Assembly: GCF_001447785.1 (NCBI RefSeq)
Contig: NW_015168093.1
Span: forward strand, 192,032-256,031
Origin: Gekko japonicus
Lineage: Eukaryota
Direction: 5' to 3'
DNA length: 64,000 nucleotides
Within the stretch, counting starts at the first letter, position 1. Each line of letters begins with the position of its first letter. The position numbers were made by a program, and so were the translations under genes. The notes beneath the pieces are model-generated. The model searched no databases and was not told the origin of the DNA. It saw nothing but the letters and a program-made list of their open reading frames with translations. Of this stretch, positions 48,834-62,400 are shown piece after piece.

Positions 48834-49948
48834 GTAAACACCCTGCATACCTCCCCACTGTGTTAGCTAGACTTCCATCTCTTGACCAGTGTTCTTGCAG
48901 CTTGGCAGGTGGGAGGGGTGGCCTTACTGTGATGCTCTAGGTAGAGGGCTGATGATTTTCTTGCTTTTAATGTCACATTTTTGGTGTAATTTTAAAAGGA
49001 ACACAATGTGGATATTATTTTGACATTTTGTAGTAGAGATGGGACTATATAGATTTTCCTCTTTTTTATTATTCATATTTCTCTGGTTTTTATAGGTTTA
49101 TTATAGATTTAACATTTTATTGGAATGTAATGAAGGCCTGGTATATAGAAGGCCTCTCTTCTTTGTGGGTCAGGGTATTTTTACAGTTGATGTTAACAGA
49201 CAAGATAATAACATTCTTTTGGTACAAAAGAAATTAGAAGGTTCATGGTTCTAATTGTTTAGGTTACAACTTCATAGTGTCCGGGTCAAAAAGGATCTTT
49301 TACTTGGTATCAGAGAAAAACACCTTTGTTTGGGTGAGAACAAGCTTTGGCCAATATGACTTAGGTCAGGTCAAGTAAATATGTGACGCTATTGCACAGA
49401 CACACCTTTCTTACATTTGTCCAATAAGGAGATTTTTATGTAAATGTTATTTAAGTTTTTGTAACCAATTATGCCTTCTGAATATTATTCTCATGATGAT
49501 GATATGATGATGATATGATGATGTCATATTAAGTATTTAACTTCATGTATTTCCTGATTGGGCTCAGAAAGCAGTCAGCTTTGATGGGTCCTTTGACCTA
49601 ACTGTTTTCCGTATTTCATTGCAATAAAATACAAGATCTTCCTAATTTTGACTTCAATCTTCTATTTTTGACTGGATATTAATTTGTATAACCATTTTGC
49701 TGTCAGTGATGAAAGTTCCAGAGGTGGCTCTAGCAGAAGGTGAAATTTTAGCAGATTGGATGCCGGCTTACTAACTTCCCTGCTATTGATCAGACTGCCC
49801 TTTGGGATATCCGTGTAGCTTGCAGCAATGCATGTAAGATCCAAGAAGGCTCTGCTGTCCCTGTGTAAACAAGAGAAAGGAAGGGAGCAAGAATACCTCA
49901 GTTTTGTCCATTCTACGCTGATGTAATATTTTTTCCCATTTCAATCAG

Positions 49949-49984
49949 GGGGATAAAGGTGAAGCTGGAGATCCTGGCAGAGAT
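49949..49984 (+). CDS. COL7A1: Exon, 36 nt: GDKGEAGDPGRD
   Basis: aatcag / gtaagt. Confidence 0.93.
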
Positions 49985-51109
49985 GTAAGTACTGCTGCCG
50001 TAAAATGCCTAAATTTAACTGTCTTTTAAGCTGCTACCCTCATCTCCTCACAGACACAACACACACTCTCTCTCCCTAGTCTCTATAGAGACCTTATCTT
50101 GGCACATGAGTAGGATGGGATGATGTACATGTTTAACATACAGCAACAAGGCTGTTTTCCCTGTCAGAGCCAGGTTTCCTGTGTCATAGGATTATTAGAA
50201 TCAGAGACTAGGGATGGACATGAACCAAATTATGAACTGAAATTCATCACAAACCGGGCCTGGTTCATGGTTCACGAACCATCCCACTCTCATTAGCCCC
50301 CACGAACCTCCCAGGTTGATTTGTGTGGTTTGTGTCAGCAGACAGCCTGGCGCCCGGGCTTGGAGACGGCATTTAAAGAGACCACGGTCTCTTTAAATTA
50401 ATTCTCCAAGCAGCTGTGTGGCTTGCTAAAACCATTTAAAGGGATCCCTTTAAATGGTTTTGCAAGCCGCACCACAGTGGTGGCGCAACTTGCAAGTGAA
50501 CTGGGAGGCAATGCCATTTCAGTTCACTTGTGAGTTACGCTGCTGCTGCAGCACAACTCAGTGAGTCAATTGAGAAGGCATTTAATGATTCCCTTTAAAT
50601 TTCAGCATTTCAGCAATCTCTTTCGCTCCCTCCACTTCCAAGCAAAAGGGATTGCTGAAACAGCTTGCAAGAGCCATTTAAAGGGATCGTTCCCTTTAAA
50701 TGGCTTTTGCAAGCAGGCACCATGTGGGAGTGGAGTCCAAGTGGCGACTTCACACAGAAATGGTGAATTTGCCGCTTGGATTCCACTCCTCCGCGATGCC
50801 AGCTCGGAAAAGCCATTTAAATGGCTTCTTTGCCATTTAAATGCTCCACCTATTTGCAGCATCTCCCATTTCACTTGTTCTAGCTAATGCAGGGATGATC
50901 TATCATGCTTTGCAATTTGGGAATGGTGTGCACACCCATGGCCCTTTCCCCTTGTTGTTGGTTGGAAAGCATGGCTGAATTAGACACAGAGGTGTATGGG
51001 CACAGTGATTAGGCTTCAGGCATTCACATTACAAGAAAATTTAGTCAATAAAAAGCATCTGTACAAGCCTCAGTCTGAGCAAGCTTATAAAGAAAGATGA
51101 AAACATACA

Positions 51110-51860
51110 TTCATTGTCATGGCTTCTGTGCAGTCCTACATGGGGACTGCATGATTGCAGGCCAGCTGTGGAGAAAGGCTTCCAAGCTTTTCTGTAGACG
51201 TTTCTAGGCTCTGGAGTGCTCCCCCTCCCCTCTGTCTATAGAGGTCCCTTTTCCCACCCCAAAGGATCATGTGACAGGCAAGGCGAGCTCTTCTTCCCTC
51301 AGTTCTCTTCTTGCTGCTGTGAGAGGATGTGTTTCTAAGATGCTGCTTTTTGGGGCCTCAGGAATAAAACAATGAGGTTTTTCCACGGTGAACAGTGAAG
51401 AGTTTCACCTACAAATCAGAAGGATGGCTCTATTTAAGAAGTGCAAGGAGTGTGGAGCAAAAATGGCCCAAAATTATGATAATTCCTCATGCCTCCTATT
51501 TCTGGGAGAGGGCCTCAATACAGCCATGTGCTCAGCTTGTAGACACCTTACTCCTAAAGGACGCAAGGGGAGAATGGCAAGACTTAAAGCTATGCTTTGG
51601 GGGAAAGCTCTGGGCGCTCCGGACCCCCGCTAGGAAAAATGGGCCCAAACGAATAAGGGTGCACCTCTGTCCCGCCTCTGTCATATGACCTTTTGGGTAG
51701 GAAAAGGGACCTCTATAGACAGAGGAGGAGCACTCCAGACCCTAGAAACTTCAGAAAAGCTTGGAAGCTCTTCTCCACAGCTGGCCTACAATCATGCAGC
51801 TCCTGCAATCATGCACAGAAGGCCACTCGATGAACAACAGTTACTGGTAAGTGCAACCCC
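51110..51860 (+). mobile_element. Internally deleted DIRS retrotransposon
   Basis: Inverted terminal repeats (about 51120-51290 vs 51655-51825); gag N-terminus FKKCKECGAKM...CLLFLGE...CSAC; end cagttactggtaagtgcaacc. Confidence 0.75.
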
Positions 51861-52439
51861 ATTGTCTTCTAGTCCTAAACTTTAAACATACGCTAACAGT
51901 ATTGTTGCTAAGGAAGGCTACTCTTCAAGTCACAGCATTTTAAAAGCCATTCATTACCTCTGTTCTCCAGCTTAGGGGTTTCTCTCTATTGTCCCTTGAC
52001 ATGTGGTCAAGATGGAGTCCCAAAATAAAAGCTAGTCTTCCATGGCTTGGCAAGTTGAAGATGCTCCTAGTAAGAGGCAAGCAGAATGGTGTGTCCAGAT
52101 AATTTATAATCTCCCTTTTGCGAGTCCATCACTCCATTTGGGGTCATTCCTTTTTTCCTGACCCAAAAGGAAGAAATACAATCTCGTATTTTGTGTGGTT
52201 TCTGTGCCTAGGTGTGATATTCCAGCTAAGGTGTTAGATGATAAACCTTTTGTTCTACTGAAATGCATGGGAGAGAGATGATTCATCTGCTACAGTTTTC
52301 CTTTTGCCAGTCTTTTACCAGCATTAAAACTCCTGGAGCATGTAGAGCGCAGCCTCAGTTACTGAAATATTGAGGTGAAGATTGGAGGTCTTTTCTCCAC
52401 ATGGACCAACAGCCTAAGTCTAATAATAACTTCAGTTGC

Positions 52440-53290
52440 GTCTATCTTGGCTGTGAATCAATGCTTTGAGGTTGTGGTCAGATGGCTAAGGCCATACAAG
52501 TTGAAGCTGAATCCAAGCAAAACAGAGGTGATACTGACTGAGAAGGTTGACGTTTCAGAGGGACTGGATGCACTTGTAGTGGATGGAGTCGAGATAGCAT
52601 TTGCAGAGCAGGTTAAGGGACCCAAGCTTGCTGTTTGAAAAGCAGGTTGGTATGGTGGTCAAGGGTATAATTTATCAGCTGCATTTTATGAGCTTGTGGT
52701 TGGACTACTGTAATGTACTCCACATTGGGCTACCTTTGAAGACAACCTAGAAATTTCTGCTGGTTCAGAATGTGGAAGCCTGATTACTGCCAGTGCCTAG
52801 CTGATGAGGACATGTCTTGCCCATCTTAAAACAACTACAATTGTTGCAAATTTGTTTCCAAGTTCTATTCAAGCTGCTGGTAAAGACCTTTAAAGCCCTT
52901 CATGGTCTAGGATCCACATTTTTAAAGGGCAGTCTCCTCCCATATGTATTGCCATGCACCAACTGCTGGTGTCAGGCTGCTGCCTACTGGCTGTTCCTCA
53001 TTTAAGCCTACTGGCTGTGTAACCTGCTTTGCATCAGTCAGATCCTGTGCCTTCTCCATTGCACTGCTGACTTTGTGGAACAGACTTCCTGAAGAGGTAA
53101 GGGATACACAGTCTTTAGAAGTCTTTTAGGAAGTGCTGCAAGACTTTTATTTGTCAGGACTTTTAATGGAGTATAAATAGCAGGTATCTTTTGGGGGGTT
53201 ATTGTTTTTGGTTTGAAGCTATGATTCTTTTCATTATGGTTTTTAAGCCATGAGAAAATGCAAGATACAAATTTTGTAATAAATAAGACT
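52440..53290 (+). mobile_element. L2 LINE 3' fragment
   Basis: WLRPYKLKLNPSKTEVI; FKLLVKTFKALHGLG; LWNRLPEEVR. Confidence 0.8.
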
Positions 53291-53336
53291 GCTTCTTATA
53301 TCTAATAACTAAACTGCATTTTTTCTCTGTTTGCAG

Positions 53337-53441
53337 GGTCGGGAAGGTATTAAAGGAGAACGAGGGAGCAGTGGGCCCTCAGGGCTACCAGGGGCACAAG
53401 GTGTTCCTGGTGTGCCTGGGCAAGTGGGTCCACCAGGCCAG
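53337..53441 (+). CDS. COL7A1: Exon, 105 nt: [35 protein letters not shown]
   Basis: ttgcag / gtaggt. Confidence 0.93.
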
Positions 53442-53709
53442 GTAGGTAGACATCTGCGCAAAATATTTTGGCTTCTCTTAGGCTATTTTTGCTTCTTGTA
53501 GAAAGTTGAGCTGATAGCAGGGGGGTTGGATATGAAAAGTATTGAATTGTGGATATGGAAACTAACTCTCAGCAGAGACAAATAATAGCAGAAAGCTGCT
53601 GCACTAAGAAGTTGAAATCAGAACTGAGAACTGAACCTGTGGTTGCTTTGGCTTTTCACAAGGCCCTGAGTTCTATACTGTGTTTCTGGGCTTAGAGGAG
53701 AGTTAGATC

Positions 53710-54494
53710 TAGGGGTGTGATTCAGCTATAGCCAAACCAAAAAGATACCTGAAAAATACCATGTCAGTATTTTTCGGGTATTGCCTAAGCCGAATACAGA
53801 TCAGAAATCTATATTCGGCTACTGGTATAGCTGAACCCGAACGATATTATCCGGCTTCTTTCGGGTTCTTTTTGTTATACCGAAAAAAAGGACTCAAACC
53901 TAACAGCCTGAGCTGCCAGTCAGCTGTTGGGTTTAAATGCCTTCCCTCCCCGAGATTGGGGAGGGAAAGAAAGGCATTTTAAACATGCCTGCCCTCTTTC
54001 CCCAGTCTGTCTGCCGCAGCGGACAAGCTGAGGAAGGGAAGGCAGGCATGCACACATGCCCCCTTTCTTCCCTGAGCCTCTCCGCTTTTGCGGAGAGATC
54101 GGGGAATGGGGGGCATGTTTAAATGCCTTTCTTTCCCTCCCCTTCTCTTATGTTCTTATGTAAAGGCATTTTAAACGTGCCTGGGTTCCTTCCCTGCCTT
54201 TCTCCAGGACATGTCAGCTAGAGAAGGGAAGGCAGAGAGTGGCTTTCCCTTGTCAATTTCACTTTCAGCTGATTAGCGGAGTAGGGGCTACCAGCAGGAG
54301 AGAAGGCATTTTAACATGCCTCCTTTCCCTCTGGTTGTGTAAATCAGCCTCAAATATATTCAGCAATACCAAATATTTCCCCAATCCGAATATCTTACTG
54401 GTATTGGACTGGGGAAATTCAGCATTTACTGATATTTTTCGGGTCTGATTTACCTGAAGCCGAAAAATACGAGAATTTTTTTTGCACACCCCTA
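53710..54494. mobile_element. Non-autonomous hAT
   Basis: taggggtgtg...gcacaccccta; TSD gttagatc/gttagatt. Confidence 0.82.
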
Positions 54495-54969
54495 GTTAGA
54501 TTTTGTATGAGATACATGTGAAAAACTCTTGAGATCATAAGATGAGCCCTGCTGGATCAGACTAGTCCATCTACTCCAACAAACTGTTCCACACAATGGC
54601 CCCCAAGGTGCCCTAGAGGACCAACAAATGGCCAAGGCCTTCCCCGATGCTGCTTCTGAATACTAATATTCAGAGCTGCCTGGGTTTTATATGTTTACTG
54701 ATTGTGACTATGTACTTGTCATATCTTATGTCAATTTTATGTACCTATTTTACCCCTTTTGCATTCTCTTTTGGTCAAGACTTCGGTCATATAGACCCAT
54801 AATAAATTGAATTGAATATTCAGAGCTCTGCTGCCTCTGTGTATGGAAATCTCTTTACTTACTATGGCTGGTAGCCATTGATGGACCTATCTTTTTATTC
54901 TGAACCCATATCTACTTACCCTTATTTAGAGCCTTTGTTTTGCTCACATTTCTGTGTTGCTGTTTATAG

Positions 54970-55005
54970 GGCATGCCGGGTCTCCCTGGAACTTCAGGAC
55001 AAAAG
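54970..55005 (+). CDS. COL7A1: Exon, 36 nt: GMPGLPGTSGQK
   Basis: ttatag / gtaggc. Confidence 0.92.
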
Positions 55006-55493
55006 GTAGGCAAAGCCTCCCTTCACCCAGTTCTGTACCGTATCTTGTGCAATAAACAAGTCAGTTAGAGCGTGACGTGTTCTTGTCCCTGACCTAGTCC
55101 TGACAGCAAGGTAGTACTACCATTACTATTACCTCATACTGCTTCTTATTTAAGCAGATTACTAAAATATGGGAAAAGCTAGATGCCATTTAAATGAAAG
55201 TAAGGTATTAGTGTTTTCCTGATCTTTGGTAGATGAAGATTCAGCCCTGAAAGGCAGAGCAGGGATTCACTGTTTTGATATAGAATGGTATAGTATCCTT
55301 CTGGGACCCTGTCCATCAGAAAGATGGAGGAAGCATGCTGTGGTTTAGACATCTCAGAATGCCACCACTGAGCCACAGTGCAGGTTTCATTATTCCCTGT
55401 GCTTGGGATTCAAAGTACTTTTCATCGGGAGGCAGAGGTAAATTTCCCCAGATAATACCACAGTCCTGACTTCTCATTATCATTCTGTTTCAG

Positions 55494-55529
55494 GGTGATA
55501 GAGGAGAGACTGGATCTAAAGGAGAGCAT
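55494..55529 (+). CDS. COL7A1: Exon, 36 nt: GDRGETGSKGEH
   Basis: tttcag / gtgagt. Confidence 0.94.
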
Positions 55530-56302
55530 GTGAGTACCTATCAGCAGTGTTCCCAATTTCCAGCCCCCAGCACACAGATTTTCCTCTCAGCTTAGGGGTC
55601 TGAGTAGTAGGTCAACCACTTCCAGCAGCCCTCCTGGCTGAGTAGATCGCCCTAGGAGCTGTTGCCCTACTTACCGAGTCTCCACCGCTGCTGCCACTGA
55701 AGCCTGAGTCGCCATCCTGCTGGTCCAGGCCAGAGGGTAGTGGAGCTGGGCTCGGAGTGCACCTGGACGCCAGCTAGTGGGGGGGGGGGAGAATGGAGGC
55801 CGGGAGAGGTCAGGGGGAGGAGAACTGGGGGCCGGCAACATGGCCCAGGAAGGAGGTCCAGGGGGCCCAGGCCATGTGTCCACCCCCCCCCCCCGCCGAA
55901 AAACACAGCCTAGTGCTTCTCTGAGGGCCTCCCTCCACCATCACGAAGGGGGGCTGTGCCTCCCCCTCTTTCTGCTTTTTAAAAAATGTAGGCTCACTTA
56001 CAACTTTAATCCTAGTAGGTCTTTTGGTTCACAAAGTAGAATTTTGGCTCACAAGGCTCCACAGCTTAGAGGGAACATTGTGTATCAGTACCTCAAAGCA
56101 TTGGACAGTGCAGAATTTACTTGCTTTTCATAGATGGAGGAGGGTAATCTGGTGTGGGTTATTCCTCTCATTCAATCCAAACATAGGGATCTTTACATTA
56201 GACAGGGCTATCATCCCTTCTGATGGAAGAAGTCCTCATCCACTTCCAGTTCTGCCTGTTCTACAGCAACAGGGAGATTTAAGAGTTCCTCCTCTCTTCT
56301 TC

Positions 56303-56574
56303 TTTGGTGTAGTGGTTAGTGTGCGGACTCTAGTCTGGGAGAACTGGGTTTGATTCCCCACTCCTCCACTTGCACCTGCTGATGTGACCTTGGGTCAGTC
56401 ACAAGCTCTGGCACAGCTGTTCCTGAAAGAGCAGTTTGTGTCAGAGTTCTCTCAACCCCACCCACCTCACAGGGTGTCTGTTGTGGGGAGGGGAAAGGAA
56501 AGGAGTTTGTAAGCCGCTCTGAGACTCCAAGTGAAGGGCAGGGTATAAATCCAATCGCTGCTCTTCTCTTCTTC
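56303..56574 (+). mobile_element. Same SINE family, copy 4
   Basis: Nearly identical to 39940-40214. Confidence 0.85.
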
Positions 56575-57016
56575 TCCTTAGGTGAAGGATACTGAGCAAG
56601 AACTCTTAACACGTCTATGTATACTGTTCTCTACTTGTATGAGACTTAAATTTTCAAAGATGTTGGTTCAGCTACTCACATGTCCCCACAAGGACAGCAT
56701 ATTTTATAAATGTAACTCTTGTGTAAACCACAAAATGTGCTTGGAAATTCCTTATTACTGGAAAGAAGAGATATTAAGCACAATGTCTACAACTGTGGGT
56801 GGTATTCAATGAAGGGAAAATGGGGGAAATAAGCAAAATAGGGGAGAATTTACTATGTGTGTGAAGTGTTCATTCTAACAATGTACATGGTTCTCTACCT
56901 TTCCACTTTTATTCTCATAACAGTCCTGTAAGGTATCTTATGATGAGATAGAATAACTGACTCAGGTTTATCTAGTGAGCTTCAAGGCTGAGTAGTGATC
57001 TGAACATGCTAAGATC

Positions 57017-58432
57017 TAGGGATTTGTACCCAGATATTTCCCATCTGAAAATATACCCCCCAAATAACTTCCTGTTATTTCTCCAGGTATATTCTATCAG
57101 CCAAAATGGTATTTGGGATTACAGAATCCTGGATGTTAATTCCCAAAAGATCCTAGAAATACCTGGGAATATTTGTGGCTACCATTTTAAGGCTCCCGAG
57201 ACTGTTTTGCTCCCATTTCTCAGGGTTCTCTGACAAAAGGAGGAGGGGAGGGAGGCAGCTGCCCGAGGCAGTAGGATCAGACATTAGAGGGAGTGCTTGA
57301 ACTGTCTACCCAATCATGACTGTTCAAACTCATGGCTCTGAGCATAGGCAAAAGAGAATAAAAGCAACTTCATTTCCAAGCTAGGTTTTTTAGAGTGTAC
57401 TACTGCCGCCTCTCTGGGAAGACCTTCTTGTTGTTCTCTGTTTACTGAACATTTTCAGGATTGGCAGAATTGGTTTCAGATATTTCAAGCTCTTCTCTGT
57501 GTTTTCTTTTACCAGGTGGGCATAGTGGGTGTGGGTGGAAATCAGTCTTTTTTCTTTCTTTTTGGTTCTTTTAAAAATAGTTTTCCTTGGGTTTGTTTTA
57601 TATCCTTGCTGCAAAAGGATTTAAAACGCTTGTGTTCAATTCTCTTATCTTGGCTTGTTAAGGATTTTTATCTGCTCTATGTTTTCTGTTTCTAAACATG
57701 TTTGATTTTTACAAGGTTTACGCTTTGGGGTGGGGAATGGGGTCCAAGGTATTTTAAAAAGTGCTTCTTTTTGCAGTCTTCTGGTTTTGGTTTTACAGCT
57801 GTTCTATTACAGTAGTTGTAAATATCTTTCTGTGTTGTGTTTTTTTGGAGGGGACAAGTTTTGTGGAGTTTGGGGTGTTCCTGTGGTTTTTAAAAATAAC
57901 TACTGCAACAGGTTCAGAAAAGTTTCTGGTTATGTTTCTGGTTATGTTTTAGTAACAGTTAACTTTAGGTGAGGGTTTGGGTATTTTAAAAAACACAAAG
58001 TTGGTTTGGCTTGAATTCCCTGGTTTGACATTGGTTCTGTTGGGTTTGTTATTTTGTTTGCATTGGAGGCTTTTAGCAGTGGGTGCTCTTGTGTGTTTAG
58101 CTATTGGCTTCTTTGATCCCCGCCCCCCGCAGGAAACAATGGAGACAAGTAGGATGGCTGGGGGCACCTTATTCAGTGGCCCCTTGGTCCAGTTTGCTTG
58201 AATATTGGGGTGGTCTTTAGGTGACAGGTAGGACTCTGCACTTTTGGTGACAGTTGGATAAAGAATAGCCACTCTGCCCCTCCATCAAATGGAACCAAAT
58301 AATTCCAAAACCAAGTAATCTGAACATTAATCCTGAAATGGTATTGGGGGACCCAAATATGCTCAGATACTGAAATTTATGCCCTTCCTGAAAACCGAAA
58401 TCCAAAAAAATCCGGGGTGGGTATACATCCCA
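57017..58432. mobile_element. Probable older non-autonomous hAT
   Basis: tagggatttgtaccc...gggtatacatccca ends; internal motif shared with the 12509 element; no TSD found. Confidence 0.45.
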
Positions 58433-59917
58433 GTCCTAGATTATGCTGTGGAAGGGAAAAGCCTACGGGCATGTTTAAAAGTAATGCAGATCAATGCAAT
58501 ATAGAAATTTTAATAGGTACAAAGTGTATCAGTCTGGCTGTTGTTGTGAGCTAGATACAGGGATGGTATCATCCCATACTGAAAGATCTGCACTGGCTGC
58601 ACTTCTTTTTCTGTGTGCAATTCAAATGTTCTCACCTTTAAGACCATAAATGGCTTAAAGTCTGGTATGTGAAGGACCACCTTCGTGTATTGTCCAGACT
58701 TTCAGCTAAGATCCTTTTCTTAAGCCTTGCTGTCTGTCCCCTTGTTGGCAGAGGTGAGGCAAGTGGGACCAAAGGCAGGGATTTTTCAGTGGTGGTGCTT
58801 TGCTTCTGGAATACCCTTTCCAGGGGTCATTTTGTAGAAAAAGAGGTGCAGGAGCTCATTAGCATAACTCATTAGTATAACTTATTTGCATATGCCACAC
58901 CCCCTGACATCACCGGAAGTCATAAGGCAACAGCCACCACTCAGGCTCCACTGGACTGTTTTGGATTGCTAGCTATGGGGGGGGGGGAACATGCAGATCT
59001 GCCCTTGCAGAGGAGGGAGAGCTTGTACCTGAATAAAACTTAAAGGTGCCACTGGACTGTTTTGGATTGCTAGGGGGGGTGGGTGGGGGGCACAGATCTG
59101 CCCTCACACAGATCTGTGCAGAGAGAGAGAAGGCAAAAAGGAGGAAAAGAAGGAAAGAAATATAAGGAAAGAAGGAGAGAAAGAGGGGAGAGAAGGAGCA
59201 GAGGGTGGGGCTTGTTGCATTTTCCCACTCCCTGGGCTCTTTACTGCCCTCTGCTGCTCCTGTGCGCTCCTGCAGGAAATGACCCTTGACCCTTTCCCTC
59301 AAGGTTCACCTAGCACCTAATTTATTGTCCTTCGGGTAGCCAGGCCAAAATATTTTGCTTTAATTGGAAGTTTTGATCTTTGAAGGTTCGAGGGTTCAAA
59401 TAAACGACACGACACACAGATCTGCTGAAGCTCTCTGAACCAGACTGGCCCAGCAGCGCTTTATTAAGGATTTTTCCTTTCCCTCTCCCTTGCCCTGTAT
59501 ATTGAAAAAGCTACAAGCAGAAGACTCTAAACTAGGATCACAGTATGTTCTTTACAGAATGTTCTTTGCCCACAGCTCACTGTATCTTTTACCCGACTAT
59601 AGCCAAGTTACTTCTATCAGTTGACTCAGCAGATGTAACTGCGCACTACTGTCTAATCTCCCTGTGGGAACATAGAACTCCAGGCAGATCTTTTCTAGCT
59701 GTTTTTATAGTCTGCTTCTAGCCTGTGAGCTGTTCGTGAATATTAATTTAGGTTGCTTGATGTTGTTTGTATGCTCTTGCCTTGTTTTATGGCTTGTTCT
59801 ATTATTGATAATTCTTAAGTTGTTTAATTTTATTGTACCCTTTTTACTACATGAGGTGAGCCACCTTGAGCAGGTCTTTAGAGAGGTGCATATTAATTTT
59901 CAAAATAAATAAATAAA

Positions 59918-60875
59918 TTAGTTGCTGTAGATTTTCTGGGCTGTATGGCCGTGGTCTTGGCATTGTAGAACCTGATGTTTCGCCAGTGGCTGTGACTGGC
60001 ATTGTCATGACCCCAGGGGTCTCCACCTTCCGCCGCCACCACTCTGGACTTCAGGTCCCCTGAGAAGGCCCAGAGTAACTCCCCCCCCCCAGGCCCATCC
60101 AAAAATGCCCCTTTTACAGCTGAGAAAACATGAGGCAGAGAAAACATGACCAAGGCAGAGAAACAGTGAAACAGAAAGAGTTTATTTTGACAGTACTGGG
60201 CAGGGGACAAAGAGGACAAGACAAGGTGCTTTAAAAGGGTATAACAATGTTGAAAAGGCAAAATAAACAGAATCCTAACGCAACTACCTGTTACTACTTC
60301 CAGGCCCACAGCCCACAGCCTGCCTAGCACTCACGCTGCCAAGTAGGGATCTTTCTCTCCCCCAGACCAGCCTGTCCCCGCCGTAACCAGGCCGCAGAGA
60401 GAGACGAAAAACCTCCTCCGTTTTCCACAGTTACCAGCTAAGACCCCCCTCCTCACAGTATGCAACAATCTCCTCACAGAATCTCCCTCTCTGATTGGCT
60501 ATAGCCCGTTGCTAAGCCTTATGGGGACTGAAGGCTGCCTGCTTTCACTGCCATGCAGGTCTCTCCTGGGACCAGGTCGCACCAGGCCCGGCTCCCAGTC
60601 CTGCACAGATCATGACAGGCATCCTCAGAGGTATAACACAGAAAGATGGAGTACTCTCTGTGTCAAGAGAGAAGTACTCCATCTGTGTCATGAGAAGACT
60701 ACTGTGTCTCACCTTGACACAGAGAGTACTCCATCTTTCTGTGCTATACCTCTGAGGATGCCAGTCACAGCTACTGGCAAAATGTCAGGTTCTACAATGC
60801 CAAGACCATGGCCACACAACCCGGAAAAACTACAGCAACTAATAAACTCCAGCCATGAAAGCCTTTGACAACATA
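59918..60875 (+). mobile_element. Penelope-like element with inverted 5' arm
   Basis: ctgaggatgccagtcacagctactggcaaaatgtcagg...gaaagcctttgacaac, mirrored by 59918-60002 plus 60618-60667. Confidence 0.75.
60003..60617 (-). mobile_element. Solo LTR (Gypsy-like) nested in the Penelope arm
   Basis: tgtcatga...tcatgaca ends; 5-bp TSD ggcat. Confidence 0.85.
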
Positions 60876-61336
60876 TTAAATAAATAAATGGTGATATTCA
60901 TAGTGTAATGGCTATTTTGGTCTTTATTTCAAGATAGATACTCTGGAGTATTTTCTGGAGTCTAATTTAGACATTATTGCAATCTGGACAGAGAAATCTG
61001 AGTCTATCAAAACTTTTTCAGACTGGTGCTGAACCATTATGCATCTGCCATTGAGAAAAACCATTAACCTGGCCTGGGGAGCAATTTTCTGACACCAGAG
61101 AGAGTACCCCACATGTACATTGAAACCCAATATCTGCTTGTAAAATGGGCTGATGCCACTTACCTTCAGATAGAAAGTTATCTGAAGTCTCTCTGCAGCC
61201 TTTTCATTGGTTTCCAGTGATCACTCCCTCCAAGGTATTATGCATCACACAACCAAGCTACATTACCTGTGCTTCTTGAGAGTGCTAGAGAAACACGTTA
61301 ATTTTTGTTCTGTTTTTCTCCCCTCACTTTGACTAG

Positions 61337-61384
61337 GGGAGACCTGGGGATCCTGGACCACGAGGCGAACCTGGAACAATACCA
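61337..61384 (+). CDS. COL7A1: Exon, 48 nt: GRPGDPGPRGEPGTIP (about human exon 70)
   Basis: gactag / gtgagt. Confidence 0.93.
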
Positions 61385-61929
61385 GTGAGTTACCAGTAAC
61401 ATTTTTTTAAATCTTGAAAGCCCGATAAAGAAAAGTATGTTACAACATTTCTTCCCTCCATATTACCTTGGTTATAGACACCAAGCACCAGCAGGATTTG
61501 TCTTCACCTGAAGTGTGGCATTTGATGGAATGGTAACCTATATCACACTGTCCTAACTTGAACCCCACTATTGCAGCACCACCTGTCAGTGCAGCTTCCT
61601 ATTGGTGATTTTAATTGGAGTTCCGTTTCTAAGAGAGTACCTTATATGTAGGTATTGTAGGTCCATTTGGTGTGGATTCAGCTAGCACAGTGGAAGACCC
61701 TAGCCTACAGGTGGATGTCCTTGCTGTGTTAATCCCACTCCCCCTGCAGAAGTTGATTTTGCTCTAACTTCTTGATATCTCCAGTGGAGCTCATTAACGA
61801 AGATGGCAAACAGGAAAGATAGGCAGTACTTTCCCTGGAAGGCACAGAAAACTCTTTTATGTTTGGTATTTATTTTAAATGATCTTGTTTTACTTGTTTG
61901 TGATGATTTCTTTTCCTTTTTTTTGCTAG

Positions 61930-61965
61930 AATGTTGAACGTGCCCTAGATGCCTACGGTATTAAG
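61930..61965 (+). CDS. COL7A1: Hinge exon, 36 nt: NVERALDAYGIK (about human exon 71)
   Basis: tgctag / gtataa; resembles human NVDRLLETAGIK. Confidence 0.92.
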
Positions 61966-62147
61966 GTATAAGTTAGCAGCTGCATCTGCTTGCTTACATT
62001 TGGGCTATAGTTTTCAGTGTACGTCTGTCATGGCCCTCTTTGTGGGTGGTGCAAGCAGTTGGATTGAAACTGGAATCTTCATCTGAGTTGTTGAAGGCCA
62101 CGATGGATTGCTGTGGAGTCCACAGAAGGTGTCAGAATGCCAGAATA

Positions 62148-62400
62148 TTCATAGAATCATAGAGTTGGAGGGGACCTCCAGGGTCATCTAGTCCAACCCT
62201 TGCACAAGGCAGGAAATTCACAAATACCCCCCCAACAACCCAGTGACCCAGAAGATGACAAAAAACCTCCAGGATCCCTGCCCAAACTGGCCTGGAGAAA
62301 AATTGATTCCTGACCCGAAAGTGGTGATCAGCATTTCCCTGGGTGAGTGAGAAAGGGCCACAAAAACTAAGCACTGATGCAACCCTTCCTGCCCTTGATG
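62148..62400 (-). mobile_element. CR1 LINE 3' end (similar CR1-type ends near 43690 and 54535)
   Basis: catagaatcatagagttggaggggacctccagggtcatctagtccaac is the reverse of the CR1 tail. Confidence 0.8.
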
